The notes below the pieces were generated by a model. It did no database searches and was not told where the DNA came from. It saw only the letters and a program-made list of their open reading frames with translations. A DNA stretch of 64,000 bases. It comes from Candidatus Poribacteria bacterium. Its GTDB lineage: Bacteria > Poribacteria > WGA-4E > WGA-3G. Location of the stretch: contig OZ242029.1 of NCBI GenBank assembly GCA_965205015.1, forward strand, positions 928,001 to 992,000, read 5' to 3'. Within the stretch, counting starts at the first letter, position 1. Each line of letters starts with the position of its first letter. Of this stretch, positions 29,978 through 40,700 are shown piece after piece. The position numbers and the translations under genes are program-made.

Positions 29978-30991
29978 ATGACACATCAAACATCCGCTTT
30001 GCCGACGGAAACCGATAAAACCAAAGTACAAACCGCCATTGACGCTGTGATAAAAGCCATGCAACTCTGCGAACAAGTGCAAGTTGAAATGGTGCCAACA
30101 GATGCCATCCAAAAGACAGACCGGAGTCCCGTAACTGTTGCCGATTTCGGATCGCAGGCACTGATATGCCAAGCAATCGGCGACGCTTTTCCCGACGATG
30201 TTATTGTCGCTGAGGAAAGCGCGCAGGCACTGAAAGAGAACGTAGCACTCTTAGAACGTGTCACAGGCTACGTGAACCGATTTTGCAGAGACACACCCCA
30301 CTCGACAGCGTCCGTCTGTGAATGGATTGATCTCGGAAGTGGTGAGGTTGGACCGAACTTCTGGACCCTTGACCCGATTGACGGCACGAAAGGTTTTCTC
30401 CGCCGCGATCAGTACGCAATCGCCTTGGCTTATATCGTCGATGGCACTGTTCAACTCGGCGTTTTAGGCTGCCCAAACTTGCCATACCGATTGAACGATG
30501 GAAGCGCAGAACATGGATGCCTCTTTGTCGCCATCCGCGGTGAAGGCACGCGGCTCTACACGAAAACTGGGGACTTCATCGAGCCAGTACACGTATCGGA
30601 AACGACCCATCGCTTCGCAGAAAGCGTCGAGTCCACGCACGGGGATAGTGATGCTCACAGTCGCATCGCGAATGCCCTCGGAATTACAGAATCACCTGTT
30701 CGCATGGACAGTCAAGCGAAGTACGGCATCGTTTCCCGTGGCGAAGCGTCGCTCTACATCCGTCTCCCAAACCCGGATTATCCGGATTACCGTGAATGCA
30801 TCTGGGACCACGCTGCAGGACTTATCGTCGTCGAAGAAGCAGGAGGGACGGTAACAGACGCGAACGGGAGTCCTCTCAACTTTTTGACAGGAAAACGGAT
30901 GCATGAGAATCGAGGTATCATCGCAACCAACGGAAAACTCCATCAACAGGTTTTAATGGCAGTCAGCCGTCAGCAGTCGGCAGTCGGTTAA
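29978..30991 (+). CDS. 3'(2'),5'-bisphosphate nucleotidase, HAL2/SAL-type inositol monophosphatase family
   Basis: SPVTVADF, WTLDPIDGTKGFLR, DSQAKY, IWDHAAG. Confidence 0.9.
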   Translation: MTHQTSALPTETDKTKVQTAIDAVIKAMQLCEQVQVEMVPTDAIQKTDRSPVTVADFGSQALICQAIGDAFPDDVIVAEESAQALKENVALLERVTGYVNRFCRDTPHSTASVCEWIDLGSGEVGPNFWTLDPIDGTKGFLRRDQYAIALAYIVDGTVQLGVLGCPNLPYRLNDGSAEHGCLFVAIRGEGTRLYTKTGDFIEPVHVSETTHRFAESVESTHGDSDAHSRIANALGITESPVRMDSQAKYGIVSRGEASLYIRLPNPDYPDYRECIWDHAAGLIVVEEAGGTVTDANGSPLNFLTGKRMHENRGIIATNGKLHQQVLMAVSRQQSAVG

Positions 30992-31214
30992 GAGGGGCTG
31001 GTGAACCAAAGTTTCCTTCGGGAATCCGAATTCCCCTACACTGAAAGTCGATGGTTTCCGCTAACCAATACACCGAAAACTATTATCGTAAAGTGAACAC
31101 TTTCTAAAACACAAAACCCCGTGCTACCGCTGGCGAGGTTTCTAACCTCGCCAACTCCTATGTGTTCATTTAATTGTAGGATCTACCATATAACAGGAGG
31201 CTAAAAATAAAAAC

Positions 31215-32180
31215 ATGAAAGCTGGGCAAATTGTTGCACCCCGTCAGATCGAAATTGTTGACATAGAACAACCCAACCTCGCCGATTATCCTGATGGCAC
31301 AGTGATGATAAAAACCGTCCATAGCGCCATCTGTGGGACCGATATGCCGTCGTTCGTCCTTGAACATCCAGCGGAGAGTTATCCGCTTGGACCGGGACTT
31401 TCAATTCACGAGGCAATCGGCATCGTTATAGAAAGCACATCCGACAAATTCAAGGCAGGAGACGAGGTCCTCGCGCTTCCCCGCTACGTCGGCGGACTTT
31501 CAGAGTACTTCCTATCGGATGAAAGTGTCACGTTGCCGTTGACAGATTTCCCGCGAAAGGACTGCATCCTGATGTCCCAACCGCTTGGAACCGTTGTTTG
31601 GGCATGCCGGAAACTGCCGAACCTCCTGAATCTCGACACCGTCGTTGTCGGACAGGGACCGATGGGACTCCTTTTTACACACATGCTGAGCAATCTTGGC
31701 GCGAAGACAGTAATTACGACAGATATCGTCGATTTCCGACTCGCAGTTTCCAAGAAGATGCATGCGACACACACAATTAACGCTGCTCAGGAAGATCCCG
31801 CCGCTGTCATTGAGGAAATTACGGAGGGCAGAATGGCGGATCTGGTGATTGAGGTCGTTGGGCACCAAACGGAAACCATCAACGAGTGTCTTCAACTCCT
31901 GAAGCGGGACGGAACACTCCTCGCCTTCGGCGTACCGGATGACCAAATTTACGATTTCCATTTCGCAGACTTCTTCCGGAAAAATATTAGATTCATCGGC
32001 TCTGTCGGACCGGATACCCCGAACGACTTCCCACTGGCGATGGACATGATTGCCCAAGGACGCCTCGATGTGTCACCCATTATTACACACCATCTCCCCT
32101 TTACAGAAGCACAACTCGGATTTGAGATGGCACTGAACCGAAAAGACGAGGCGATTAAGATCGTCTTCGACTATGAATAG
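31215..32180 (+). CDS. Zinc-binding (MDR) dehydrogenase
   Basis: ICGTD, HEAIG, GQGPMG. Confidence 0.85.
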   Translation: MKAGQIVAPRQIEIVDIEQPNLADYPDGTVMIKTVHSAICGTDMPSFVLEHPAESYPLGPGLSIHEAIGIVIESTSDKFKAGDEVLALPRYVGGLSEYFLSDESVTLPLTDFPRKDCILMSQPLGTVVWACRKLPNLLNLDTVVVGQGPMGLLFTHMLSNLGAKTVITTDIVDFRLAVSKKMHATHTINAAQEDPAAVIEEITEGRMADLVIEVVGHQTETINECLQLLKRDGTLLAFGVPDDQIYDFHFADFFRKNIRFIGSVGPDTPNDFPLAMDMIAQGRLDVSPIITHHLPFTEAQLGFEMALNRKDEAIKIVFDYE

Positions 32181-32201
32181 TTATCAGTTAACCGACGACT
32201 A

Positions 32202-33251
32202 TTACAGCGGCAATTCAACGGGACGTCCTTCACGGCTGGACTGGTAGATAGCGAGGATAATCTCAACGGCTTTGCGTCCCTCGCGTCCATCAACGAGATG
32301 CGAGGCATCGTGCTCAAGCCCATTAATGAGGTTTTCCATTTGTCGTCTATGATTGGCATGGTTAATGGCTCTGGGGTCGGATGCACCACCGCCGGTGTCT
32401 GTCCTTTGGGCGAATTTCTCACGGATCTCCGCATCTTCAGGCAGTTCTGGGTCGAATTCCCAAGTTACAATGTCCTCTTCTGCTAAGATGACAGTCCCTT
32501 TTGTGCCGGAGATTTCGGTTTTCTTGAGCATACCGGGAAAAGCGGCAGTTGTGCCCTCAATGACACCGAGTGCGCCGTTTTCAAATCGGAGCGCGGCGAC
32601 AGCGGCATCTTCGACCTCTATTCGTTCATGCGCTAAGGTATCGGTAAACGCTTGCACAGATTTAACGGGTCCCATAAAATACTGGAGCAGATCAATGGCG
32701 TGGATGGACTGGTTCATGAGAGCACCGCCGCCATCAAGATCCCACGTGCCTCGCCAGCCACCACTGTCGTAATACTCTTGGGAACGGTACCATTTGATGT
32801 AGGCATCGCCCAAAGTCAACTTGCCGAACCGACCGCTCTCAATTGTGGATTTAACGAGTTGTGTACTTTCAGTGAAACGGGAATTGAAGATAGCACAGAG
32901 CCGGACGCCCGATGCGTCGCACGCTTCAATAATCTGATCGCACCGCGGTAATGTGATTTCCAACGGTTTTTCAACGATGACGTGTTTACCGGCTTCCGCC
33001 GCGGCGACGGCGGGTTCCAAATGCGCACCGCTCGGCGTACAGACGCAGACGATATCAAGATCGTCCCGCTTGAGCATCTCCGCATAATCGGCGTAACTGT
33101 CAACGTTGTAACGATCAGTGAGCCGTTTGGCGTTTTCAGCATTTCGTGAACTGACTGCGACGAGTTGACCGTGTTCTAATTCAGAAATTGCGGCGGAATG
33201 AAAATCGGAAATCATTCCGCATCCAATAATACCAAATCCGTAAGTCTTCAT
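32202..33251 (-). CDS. Gfo/Idh/MocA family oxidoreductase
   Basis: GIIGCGMI, EKPL, GGGALMNQSIH. Confidence 0.9.
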   Translation of the reverse strand: MKTYGFGIIGCGMISDFHSAAISELEHGQLVAVSSRNAENAKRLTDRYNVDSYADYAEMLKRDDLDIVCVCTPSGAHLEPAVAAAEAGKHVIVEKPLEITLPRCDQIIEACDASGVRLCAIFNSRFTESTQLVKSTIESGRFGKLTLGDAYIKWYRSQEYYDSGGWRGTWDLDGGGALMNQSIHAIDLLQYFMGPVKSVQAFTDTLAHERIEVEDAAVAALRFENGALGVIEGTTAAFPGMLKKTEISGTKGTVILAEEDIVTWEFDPELPEDAEIREKFAQRTDTGGGASDPRAINHANHRRQMENLINGLEHDASHLVDGREGRKAVEIILAIYQSSREGRPVELPL

Positions 33252-33311
33252 ATTTTTAACTATCGTCCCTTGCTATACGATCCGACCATAGGTCAGATCA
33301 TTGGAAAAATT

Positions 33312-33947
33312 ATGACTTCCAGCGAAAACCAAATTACAGAAAATCCACCTACAGAAGAAGAAGCAGAGCAGACACCCGGCAACAGAGCTTTCAGAATTGT
33401 CTGTATGACCTTTTGTCTTGCAGTGACAGTGCTATTCCTCTGGGTCTGGCACCACCAAACCCAATTCAATGATCACTACCGGAAAGCAACCTTTCTGATG
33501 CGCAACGGCGAAGCAAAACAGGCGATTGAAGCGTATCAGAAGGCGATTAAAAACAAGGCGCGCACCATCTTTTTCACCAAAGAACCGTCGGTTTACAATA
33601 ACCTTGGACAAGCCTATCTATACGACGGGCAATATGCTCCCGCCGTTGAGAACTTTAAAAAAGTGATTGTGATGGCACCGAATATTGCTGAAGGCTATGT
33701 TAATTTGACGACTGCCCATCTCCGGCAGAACCTCCCGACCGACGCGCGTGAGATATGCCTACACGCCCTCCAAATTTTTCCGAAGACTGCCCTACTTCAT
33801 TACAACCTGGCGTGTGCTTACGCATTGACGGGTGAGTCCCAAAAAGCGGTAGACTCGCTCAGGCAGGCGATAGATATCAACCCTGACCTCAAAGCACTCG
33901 CACAACAAGAGGGCGCGCTTAAGGGCATCGTGTCTGAACTTCCTTAA
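33312..33947 (+). CDS. Membrane-anchored TPR protein
   Basis: TM helix then YNNLG, YNLACAYA TPR motifs. Confidence 0.8.
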   Translation: MTSSENQITENPPTEEEAEQTPGNRAFRIVCMTFCLAVTVLFLWVWHHQTQFNDHYRKATFLMRNGEAKQAIEAYQKAIKNKARTIFFTKEPSVYNNLGQAYLYDGQYAPAVENFKKVIVMAPNIAEGYVNLTTAHLRQNLPTDAREICLHALQIFPKTALLHYNLACAYALTGESQKAVDSLRQAIDINPDLKALAQQEGALKGIVSELP

Positions 33948-33974
33948 ATCGAGAGGACTACAGGCAGCACGTAC

Positions 33975-34763
33975 TTAAATCTTCAACTTACCCCATACCG
34001 TTGCCAATTTACCGCGGACAGAAACATCAAGCGTATCCTTGACGATTTTCTGGAGATCCGCCTTAGAAAGCGGATAGTTGGCTAACATCAACTCATCGAT
34101 ACGTCCTTGAAAGAAACGCGGACAACACCCATTATTCTCACCACCGAACCGTAAGGGTTTATCCGCCCTGCTTAAACCCGGTCCCTTTTGTGCGATAGCG
34201 GTGCCATCAGATTCTCCATTGATATAGAAACGGGCTTCCTTCCCATCCCAGACAATGGCAACATGGTTCCACTCTTTCGCCTTCACCTTGCCATCAGAAA
34301 TATGGTAGCCGGGACTACTGGTCTCGTAGAAATAGTAAGCGAGCTTCCCGTCACCCGGTTCAATCTGTAAATAGTAGGTGTTCTTGTAGAAGATGGTGAA
34401 TTTGTTTTCCTGTCCACCCGCTGGGAGTTCATCAGGATAAACCCACGCCATCATCGTAATCGCTTCATCGATATCGATCTCATCGGAGTGTGCGACCTCT
34501 ATGAAATCGGCTTTACCGACCTCGCCAGCCATTTGCACAGCATCCCCCGAAATACCTTCAGCCCACTTTATATTACCCGTGAATTCACCGACCAAGCCAG
34601 CAGTTTCATCTTTAGCCTGTTTCCCTTTACCTTCATCGAAATGCCAGACATATAACTTCTCACCGAGTTGTTTTACGTTGCCTTTTCCGCCTGCAGCATC
34701 CCCCACTCGACAGAAAAACAAACTAAGAAAGATGCACAGCAGCATCAGGACCTGAGCTTTCAT
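33975..34763 (-). CDS. Secreted LamG domain protein
   Basis: WHFDEG, TMMAWVYP, WNHVA, GRIDE; GKLATVWGKLK tail. Confidence 0.82.
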   Translation of the reverse strand: MKAQVLMLLCIFLSLFFCRVGDAAGGKGNVKQLGEKLYVWHFDEGKGKQAKDETAGLVGEFTGNIKWAEGISGDAVQMAGEVGKADFIEVAHSDEIDIDEAITMMAWVYPDELPAGGQENKFTIFYKNTYYLQIEPGDGKLAYYFYETSSPGYHISDGKVKAKEWNHVAIVWDGKEARFYINGESDGTAIAQKGPGLSRADKPLRFGGENNGCCPRFFQGRIDELMLANYPLSKADLQKIVKDTLDVSVRGKLATVWGKLKI

Positions 34764-34886
34764 ACGTAATTCCTCCTTGTAGGATGAACAGAAGGGCGGG
34801 TACAAGAACCCGCCCTACAGCAAAATTTGGCAATGGGCAGGCATTCCAGTCCTACCCCTATAACAGAGGGTATCTATCGGCTTCCT

Positions 34887-35657
34887 TTACATCTTCAACT
34901 TACCCCATGTTGTGGCAAGCTTGTCGTTAGGCGATACAGCAAAGTAAACGCCGTTTTCCATATCTTGGTTAATTTCATCAACGGTAAGCGCGCGGTTGTA
35001 GATAGCGACTTCATCGACCAAGCCAACCATGCCGTCCAACCCCGTCTGTGCCTTGCCGATGCGAAAAACTACCTCAATGCTGTTAATTTTACCCTTCGGT
35101 GGCTCGAATTCAACATCTAATTCGCCATCAATATATTGGCGAATCATACCGCCATCGTAGGTAGACGAGACGTGGTGCCACTTCTCCAAATCGGGCTTAA
35201 TGGTCTGTTTATTTCGTGAACCTTTCCATCCACCGATGTTAATCCACGTCTCAATTTGTGGGGATCCGGTAAACTGCGCGCTCCATTGGAGGCAATAGCC
35301 GCCGACGTTCGCCCCGCTCCTGCGTCCCATCAGGTTAGAGTCACCTTGAGATTCTTCAGGGAAAAACCACGCCTGAATGGTGATTTCATCGGTAATGTCA
35401 AGTTCCGGGACTGCGTCAACCTCTACAAACTGCTGGTTATCTTCAAGATGCACAGCACCCCCAATTTTGCCATCTTTCGACCAGACTGCCCCCTCAAAAG
35501 TGCCTTCGATGTTATTGCCACTTACATCTGTCACCTTGCCACCCTCGTCTTCGTCGAAAGTGAAGTACAACATAAGTGCCTTGTCATCGTTTATTGCCCA
35601 CGCATTGACACTAAGACTGAGTGCAATGAGGCAAAAAACTGTGATAATCGGTTTCAT
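34887..35657 (-). CDS. Secreted LamG domain protein
   Basis: YFTFDE, WHHV..TYDG, G.VDEVAIYNRAL; DKLATTWGKLK tail. Confidence 0.85.
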   Translation of the reverse strand: MKPIITVFCLIALSLSVNAWAINDDKALMLYFTFDEDEGGKVTDVSGNNIEGTFEGAVWSKDGKIGGAVHLEDNQQFVEVDAVPELDITDEITIQAWFFPEESQGDSNLMGRRSGANVGGYCLQWSAQFTGSPQIETWINIGGWKGSRNKQTIKPDLEKWHHVSSTYDGGMIRQYIDGELDVEFEPPKGKINSIEVVFRIGKAQTGLDGMVGLVDEVAIYNRALTVDEINQDMENGVYFAVSPNDKLATTWGKLKM

Positions 35658-35765
35658 AATAGCGAACTCCTTGTATTGGCTATCGGCTGTCGGCTGTCGG
35701 CTGTCGGCTGTCAGTGAAGAGGTCTTTTAGTAAAATCTACCTCTTTGCCGACTGCTGATGGCTAT

Positions 35766-37400
35766 TTAGAAAGAAGAAATCTGAATTTCCTTCGCCGTAA
35801 TAAACTCAAGCAGGGCAGGAACGCCTTCTTGGGTTTTCTGAATGCCACGCTGAATAGCCGGAATAATCTGGTCAGGTGTTTCGACACGTTCGCCGTAGCC
35901 ACCGAACGCCTTCGCCATATCTGCGTAGTGACCAGAGATGTCTGTGCTACGGAATTTTTCGGTAGACACAGGCATGATCGGAATCTCGATCGCCATAGAG
36001 AAATTGTTGAAAAGCACCGACAAAATCGGGATTCTTTCCCGAACAGCCGTCTCAAAATCCATCCCAGTAAAGCCGATAGCGGCATCACCCCAGACGTTAA
36101 CACAGAGTGCATCCGGTCTGGCGAGTTTCGCACCCATGGCGAGTCCGAGACCGTAACCGAGCTGCGTCGTCTTGCCCCAACCGATATAGGTGAGCGGCGC
36201 CACAGACTGCCAGAAGGGGGACATTTGGTCGCGCGGACTTCCCGCATCGTGCGTAATAATCGTGTTCTTGACATCGACAGTGTGCAGAAGATCCGAGATG
36301 ACGCGATACGGTGTCATCGGCACCTCATCCGAGGTGAGTTTCGCCTTCCACTGGTCAAGCCATTCCGCTTTAACCGCGCTAATTTCTCCAGTGACGGCAG
36401 CCGTTCGCTCTTCGGATGCCCCGTTAGAACGATCGCGGACGGCTTCTACCAAACCATCTAAAATCAAACCCGCATCGCCGACAAGAGCAGTCTCAACGGG
36501 AACGTCTTTGTTGATGTCCGCTGGATCTAATGTCGCGTGAATCACCCGTTTTCCATCGGGAATCCTGACCCCGAAGCCGGTTCGAGTGAAACTGCACCCG
36601 ATACCCAAAATCAGATCCGCTTTTTGGAGGAAGTGATGCACCGGTTTCGGGATCGCCCGTCCACCGGATCCCAATGCTAACGGATGGTCTTCCGGAAACG
36701 CACTTTTGCCCCCCAAACTCGTTGTTACGGGTGCCCCGAGCAGCTCCGCCAATTCTTTCAAAGAATCCCAAGCTTGGGCGTAATGCACACCTTGGCCCGC
36801 GTAGATGACAGGACACTCGGCATCCAGCAGCGCTTCTGCAGCGGTTTCAATCGACGCGCTGTCAGGTCCGTAGCGGACAGTGGGTACCGGTGCCGGATCA
36901 AAGGAATCAGAAATCTCTTCACCAAATAGATCCGAGGGGAACTCAACGAGTGCGGGGCGCGGTCTACCGTTCCGAACTTGGGTAAACGCACGCCGCATCG
37001 CCTCCGGAACAGCTTCAGGCATCGTGACCTGCTCACACGACTTCGTTACGTGCCGATAATTCAGAGCAGAATTGAAATTCGGCTGGATTTGTGTTACGCT
37101 CCGAGAATAGCCACCCGGCAAGACCACAATCGGTGCAGAGTCACCATAGGCTTGGGCGACACCGCCGAAGGCGTTTTCGGACCCGGGACCGCTCTGCATA
37201 CAGAACACGCCAATCTTTTCGCCAGAGGTTATCCGGCTCATCGCATCTGCCATGTGGAGTCCAATCCGTTCCTGTCTAACGATAATCGGACGGATGTCCA
37301 ATTTCGCCGCCGCTTCGATGATCGGGTTCACGGGATACGCAAACAGATATTCCACTCCCTCTGCTTTCAGAACTTTTGCAACTGCATCAACAACTTTCAT
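35766..37400 (-). CDS. Thiamine diphosphate-dependent enzyme (acetolactate synthase-like)
   Basis: RQER, GPG.EN, GDAAIG...NN ThDP motif. Confidence 0.88.
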   Translation of the reverse strand: MKVVDAVAKVLKAEGVEYLFAYPVNPIIEAAAKLDIRPIIVRQERIGLHMADAMSRITSGEKIGVFCMQSGPGSENAFGGVAQAYGDSAPIVVLPGGYSRSVTQIQPNFNSALNYRHVTKSCEQVTMPEAVPEAMRRAFTQVRNGRPRPALVEFPSDLFGEEISDSFDPAPVPTVRYGPDSASIETAAEALLDAECPVIYAGQGVHYAQAWDSLKELAELLGAPVTTSLGGKSAFPEDHPLALGSGGRAIPKPVHHFLQKADLILGIGCSFTRTGFGVRIPDGKRVIHATLDPADINKDVPVETALVGDAGLILDGLVEAVRDRSNGASEERTAAVTGEISAVKAEWLDQWKAKLTSDEVPMTPYRVISDLLHTVDVKNTIITHDAGSPRDQMSPFWQSVAPLTYIGWGKTTQLGYGLGLAMGAKLARPDALCVNVWGDAAIGFTGMDFETAVRERIPILSVLFNNFSMAIEIPIMPVSTEKFRSTDISGHYADMAKAFGGYGERVETPDQIIPAIQRGIQKTQEGVPALLEFITAKEIQISSF

Positions 37401-37504
37401 AATTTTTGAATGTTCCTTTTTTCGGGCTGTCGGCAGTCAGCAATCAGTCGTCGGTTAAGGGTTTGTGGCAGTCGCGTTTTGCGTGAATTCCACAAGCCTG
37501 CCTT

Positions 37505-37545
37505 TAACCGATAACCGATAACCGATAACCGATAACCGATAACTA
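37505..37545. repeat. Tandem heptamer (aaccgat)x5, arm of the palindromic repeat family
   Basis: taaccgataaccgataaccgataaccgataaccgataact. Confidence 0.85.
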
Positions 37546-38358
37546 TTTGGCATTAGGACTCGTAGGCACCCCGTCATCCATCACAAGTGGAAAATGGTCG
37601 CCTGCTAATTTATCACCATCATTGACGGTGACAAAGGGTTTCATCACATGGTTTCCGCTGGCGTCGTATAGCGTTTCGCCGGTCATATAATGCACCGCAA
37701 TCGCACGCCGAGGACTATCGCTCGCGTTGTCGTGCGACCCGTGCCATGTCAAGGAATGATGGTAATGGACATGACCTTTCGGCACCGGGCAAAGCTCCAC
37801 CCCCAATTCATACGCCTCAAAGCGATCCGGCATCGAATCGATGTCTTTAACGGAATGTAGGAACGCAATCTGATCGCCCCAATGATAGGAACCCGGAACC
37901 ATACGCATACATCCATTACTTTTATCAACATCATCCAACGCAACCCACGCACTTACCTGACTCGTTTTCGGGGTAAGGATTGGCCAATAGGGCGAATCCT
38001 GATGCCACATGTTGACACCACCGACTTTCGGCGGTTTGTACTGGATCTGATCGTGCCAGACGCGCAACTCCGTTGCTGACATCAGCTGTCCAACCTCTTC
38101 CACAATAATCGGATTGTGAACGAGTCGGTGATAGGCTGGACTCGCTTCCCAAATATTAACGACCTGCCAGACGGGACTCTCCTCTCTACCGCCAAGGTTG
38201 GCGATGTGTACCGGTTGGGGAACATCGGTTTTCTCGTAATCCTCAATAACGCGTGCCAATTCCGCGCGCAGCTCCTCAACCTGTTCATCACTTAACACAC
38301 GGTTACCGAGGAGAAAACCTTTTTCACGAAATGTGTCAACCTGGGTTTGATTGAGCAT
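37543..38358 (-). CDS. Phytanoyl-CoA dioxygenase (PhyH) family protein
   Basis: WHQD, WVALDD, GCM..VPGS, TWHGS, RRA. Confidence 0.9.
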   Translation of the reverse strand: MLNQTQVDTFREKGFLLGNRVLSDEQVEELRAELARVIEDYEKTDVPQPVHIANLGGREESPVWQVVNIWEASPAYHRLVHNPIIVEEVGQLMSATELRVWHDQIQYKPPKVGGVNMWHQDSPYWPILTPKTSQVSAWVALDDVDKSNGCMRMVPGSYHWGDQIAFLHSVKDIDSMPDRFEAYELGVELCPVPKGHVHYHHSLTWHGSHDNASDSPRRAIAVHYMTGETLYDASGNHVMKPFVTVNDGDKLAGDHFPLVMDDGVPTSPNAK

Positions 38359-38493
38359 ATTTTTTTAATTTTCCTTGCGGATAAGTAAAGTAGATTAGAA
38401 CTTTGACGTGCCTTTCTCTAGAGCCGCCCTCCACTACGTTACAGGCTTAGTTTTTGGAATTCACTTAATTCTCGTCGCGCTTATAGAAAATAT

Positions 38494-39306
38494 CTATATG
38501 TTAGCTTTCGTCGGCGCCCCATCATCCATTACAAGCGGAAAATGGTGACCCGCCAATTTATCACCACCCTTGACGGTAACAAAACGTTTCATAATGTGAG
38601 TGCCATCCACATCGTAAAGGGTTTCACCCGTCATATAATGCACCGCAATCGCACGCCGAGGACCCTCACTGGTGTTGTCATGCGATCCGTGCCACGTTAA
38701 GGCGTGATGATAATGGACATGCCCTTTTGGCACCGGGCAGAGTTCTACCTCCAATGCGTTACCTTCAAATTGATCCGGCATTGAATCGATGTCTGGGACC
38801 TCGCGCAAAAACGGCATCTGACTCCCCCAATGATAGGAGCCACGGACCATTCGCATACACCCGTTGCTTTCATCGACATCGTCCAACGCAACCCAAGCCG
38901 ATACCTGACTTGTTTTCGGGGTGAGAATACCCCACAACGGTGAGTCCTGATGCCAACGATTGACACCACCGACTTGCGGCGGCTTGTATTGGATCTGGTC
39001 ATGCCAAACACGCAACTCCGTCGCCGACATGAGCTGTCCGATCTCTTCCACAATCGTCGGGTTGTGAATCAGTCGGTGATAGGCAGAACTCGCTTCCCAA
39101 ATATTAACGATCTGCCAAACTGGACTCTCTTCCTTACCGCCGAGATTGGCGATACGCACCGGCTGTGGAACTTCGTCTTTCTCATAATCATCAATAACGC
39201 GTGCCAATTCTTCACGCAGCTCCTCAACCTGTTCATCACTTAAAACACGGTTACCGAGGAGAAAGCCTTTCTCACGAAATGTGTCAACCTGAGTTTGATT
39301 AAGCAT
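38494..39306 (-). CDS. PhyH family protein, tandem paralog
   Basis: Highly similar to 37543-38358. Confidence 0.9.
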   Translation of the reverse strand: MLNQTQVDTFREKGFLLGNRVLSDEQVEELREELARVIDDYEKDEVPQPVRIANLGGKEESPVWQIVNIWEASSAYHRLIHNPTIVEEIGQLMSATELRVWHDQIQYKPPQVGGVNRWHQDSPLWGILTPKTSQVSAWVALDDVDESNGCMRMVRGSYHWGSQMPFLREVPDIDSMPDQFEGNALEVELCPVPKGHVHYHHALTWHGSHDNTSEGPRRAIAVHYMTGETLYDVDGTHIMKRFVTVKGGDKLAGHHFPLVMDDGAPTKANI

Positions 39307-39466
39307 ATTTTTTTAATGTTCCTTTTTAGGGCTGTCAGTTTTCAGTTATCGGTTTTCAGTTAAGAGATATCCGTTTAACAAAAACCTCTTGTAACTGATA
39401 ACCGAAAGGTGTTTCGTAGAAAAACCGCACCAAAAACTGACAACTATTCCGCTATCATTTTTTCCT

Positions 39467-40501
39467 TTAGGCACCAACGATTCTATCTCTGAGTTCCACC
39501 CACTCTTCATCGCTGAGTTTTGGGGGCCATGCAATCCGTTCGCCAATCAGTGCGGAGCGATACGCCGCCATAATTAGATCAAACCCAAGCAGCGCATACT
39601 CTAACCTATTGCGATGCGGTTGATTTTCGTCATCAAGCCATGTCGCAACCGCCTGTGTAAAGTCGCGCTGTCCGAACTTGTCATCTTCGCCGAAGTGGGT
39701 TTCCTCAACAAAATGCTCTGCCATACCGTCAAACTGATAGCCCCATGAACCGTTTTCTCGCCACCACATTCTGCCTTTCGTCCCCCAAAAATCGAGGTTG
39801 CACCGCGGATTACTGCCAGGGAAATCAATGGTTCCGAACGCTGTCCGTGCGGACTCAAAAAAGACGCGGGCACCGTTCTCGAAGGTATAAATCGCCATTA
39901 AATCTTCCGGGCATTGCCGATGCGGAATGTGATAGGTTTCTGCCCCCTGAACAGCACCCCACACGTGCGTAATTGGAATGTCTTTAAGGGCAAATAACAC
40001 GACGTCCATCAAGTGCGTATCCATATCGGTAATGTCGCCCTCGGTGCAGGCACGAATGAAGTGTATGTCGCCGAGACTATCGTCAGCAAAAAACTCCAGA
40101 AGCTTCTCAGCGAAGGGCAGATATCGTCGTTGATGATTGACGATAATCTTCAAATCCGTCTTCTCATACGCCGCAGCGAGTGCCTCTGCCTCGCTGGGTC
40201 TGAGCGCAAGCGGTTTCTCTATCACCAATGCTTTAACACCCGCTTCAGCAGCAGGTTCTACCCAGATATGCCGTGGCACTGTCGGTTCTGTGACGGCATG
40301 GACAATATCGGGTTTCTCCTTTTCCAGCATCTCAACGTAATCTGTATACCCCGGGACGTTCAGTTCTTCCACCGCTGCTTTTAAACGTTCCTCGTCAATC
40401 TCGCAGATGGCAATTACCTTCATATTTTCGATACCTTCATAACGTCGGGCATGGTGTACACCCCGCCTTCCGCCAACGATCCCAGTTCGATACATCGCCA
40501 T
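39467..40501 (-). CDS. Gfo/Idh/MocA family oxidoreductase
   Basis: GIVGGRRG, EKPL, NHQRR. Confidence 0.85.
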   Translation of the reverse strand: MAMYRTGIVGGRRGVHHARRYEGIENMKVIAICEIDEERLKAAVEELNVPGYTDYVEMLEKEKPDIVHAVTEPTVPRHIWVEPAAEAGVKALVIEKPLALRPSEAEALAAAYEKTDLKIIVNHQRRYLPFAEKLLEFFADDSLGDIHFIRACTEGDITDMDTHLMDVVLFALKDIPITHVWGAVQGAETYHIPHRQCPEDLMAIYTFENGARVFFESARTAFGTIDFPGSNPRCNLDFWGTKGRMWWRENGSWGYQFDGMAEHFVEETHFGEDDKFGQRDFTQAVATWLDDENQPHRNRLEYALLGFDLIMAAYRSALIGERIAWPPKLSDEEWVELRDRIVGA

Positions 40502-40700
40502 AATGTGCCTCCTCGTTGAAGCGTGCAGTTCGCAGGTCTCCGAAATTTGCTATTATATTAGCACGCGCACAAATTTGTGTCAACCGTTTGATTTGGAAGT
40601 CCAGAAGCATTTTGTCGTCATGTTTCTCTATTGTCAAATTCGTGCGCTTGTGATACAATACAACGCATTAAAGCGAAAATACCTCTCACAGGAGCGCTAC

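Noticed and set aside
35745-36461. Long antisense ORFs such as this 238-aa one and 51989-52600
   Set aside because: They lie opposite well-supported genes and show no recognisable motifs; likely shadow ORFs.
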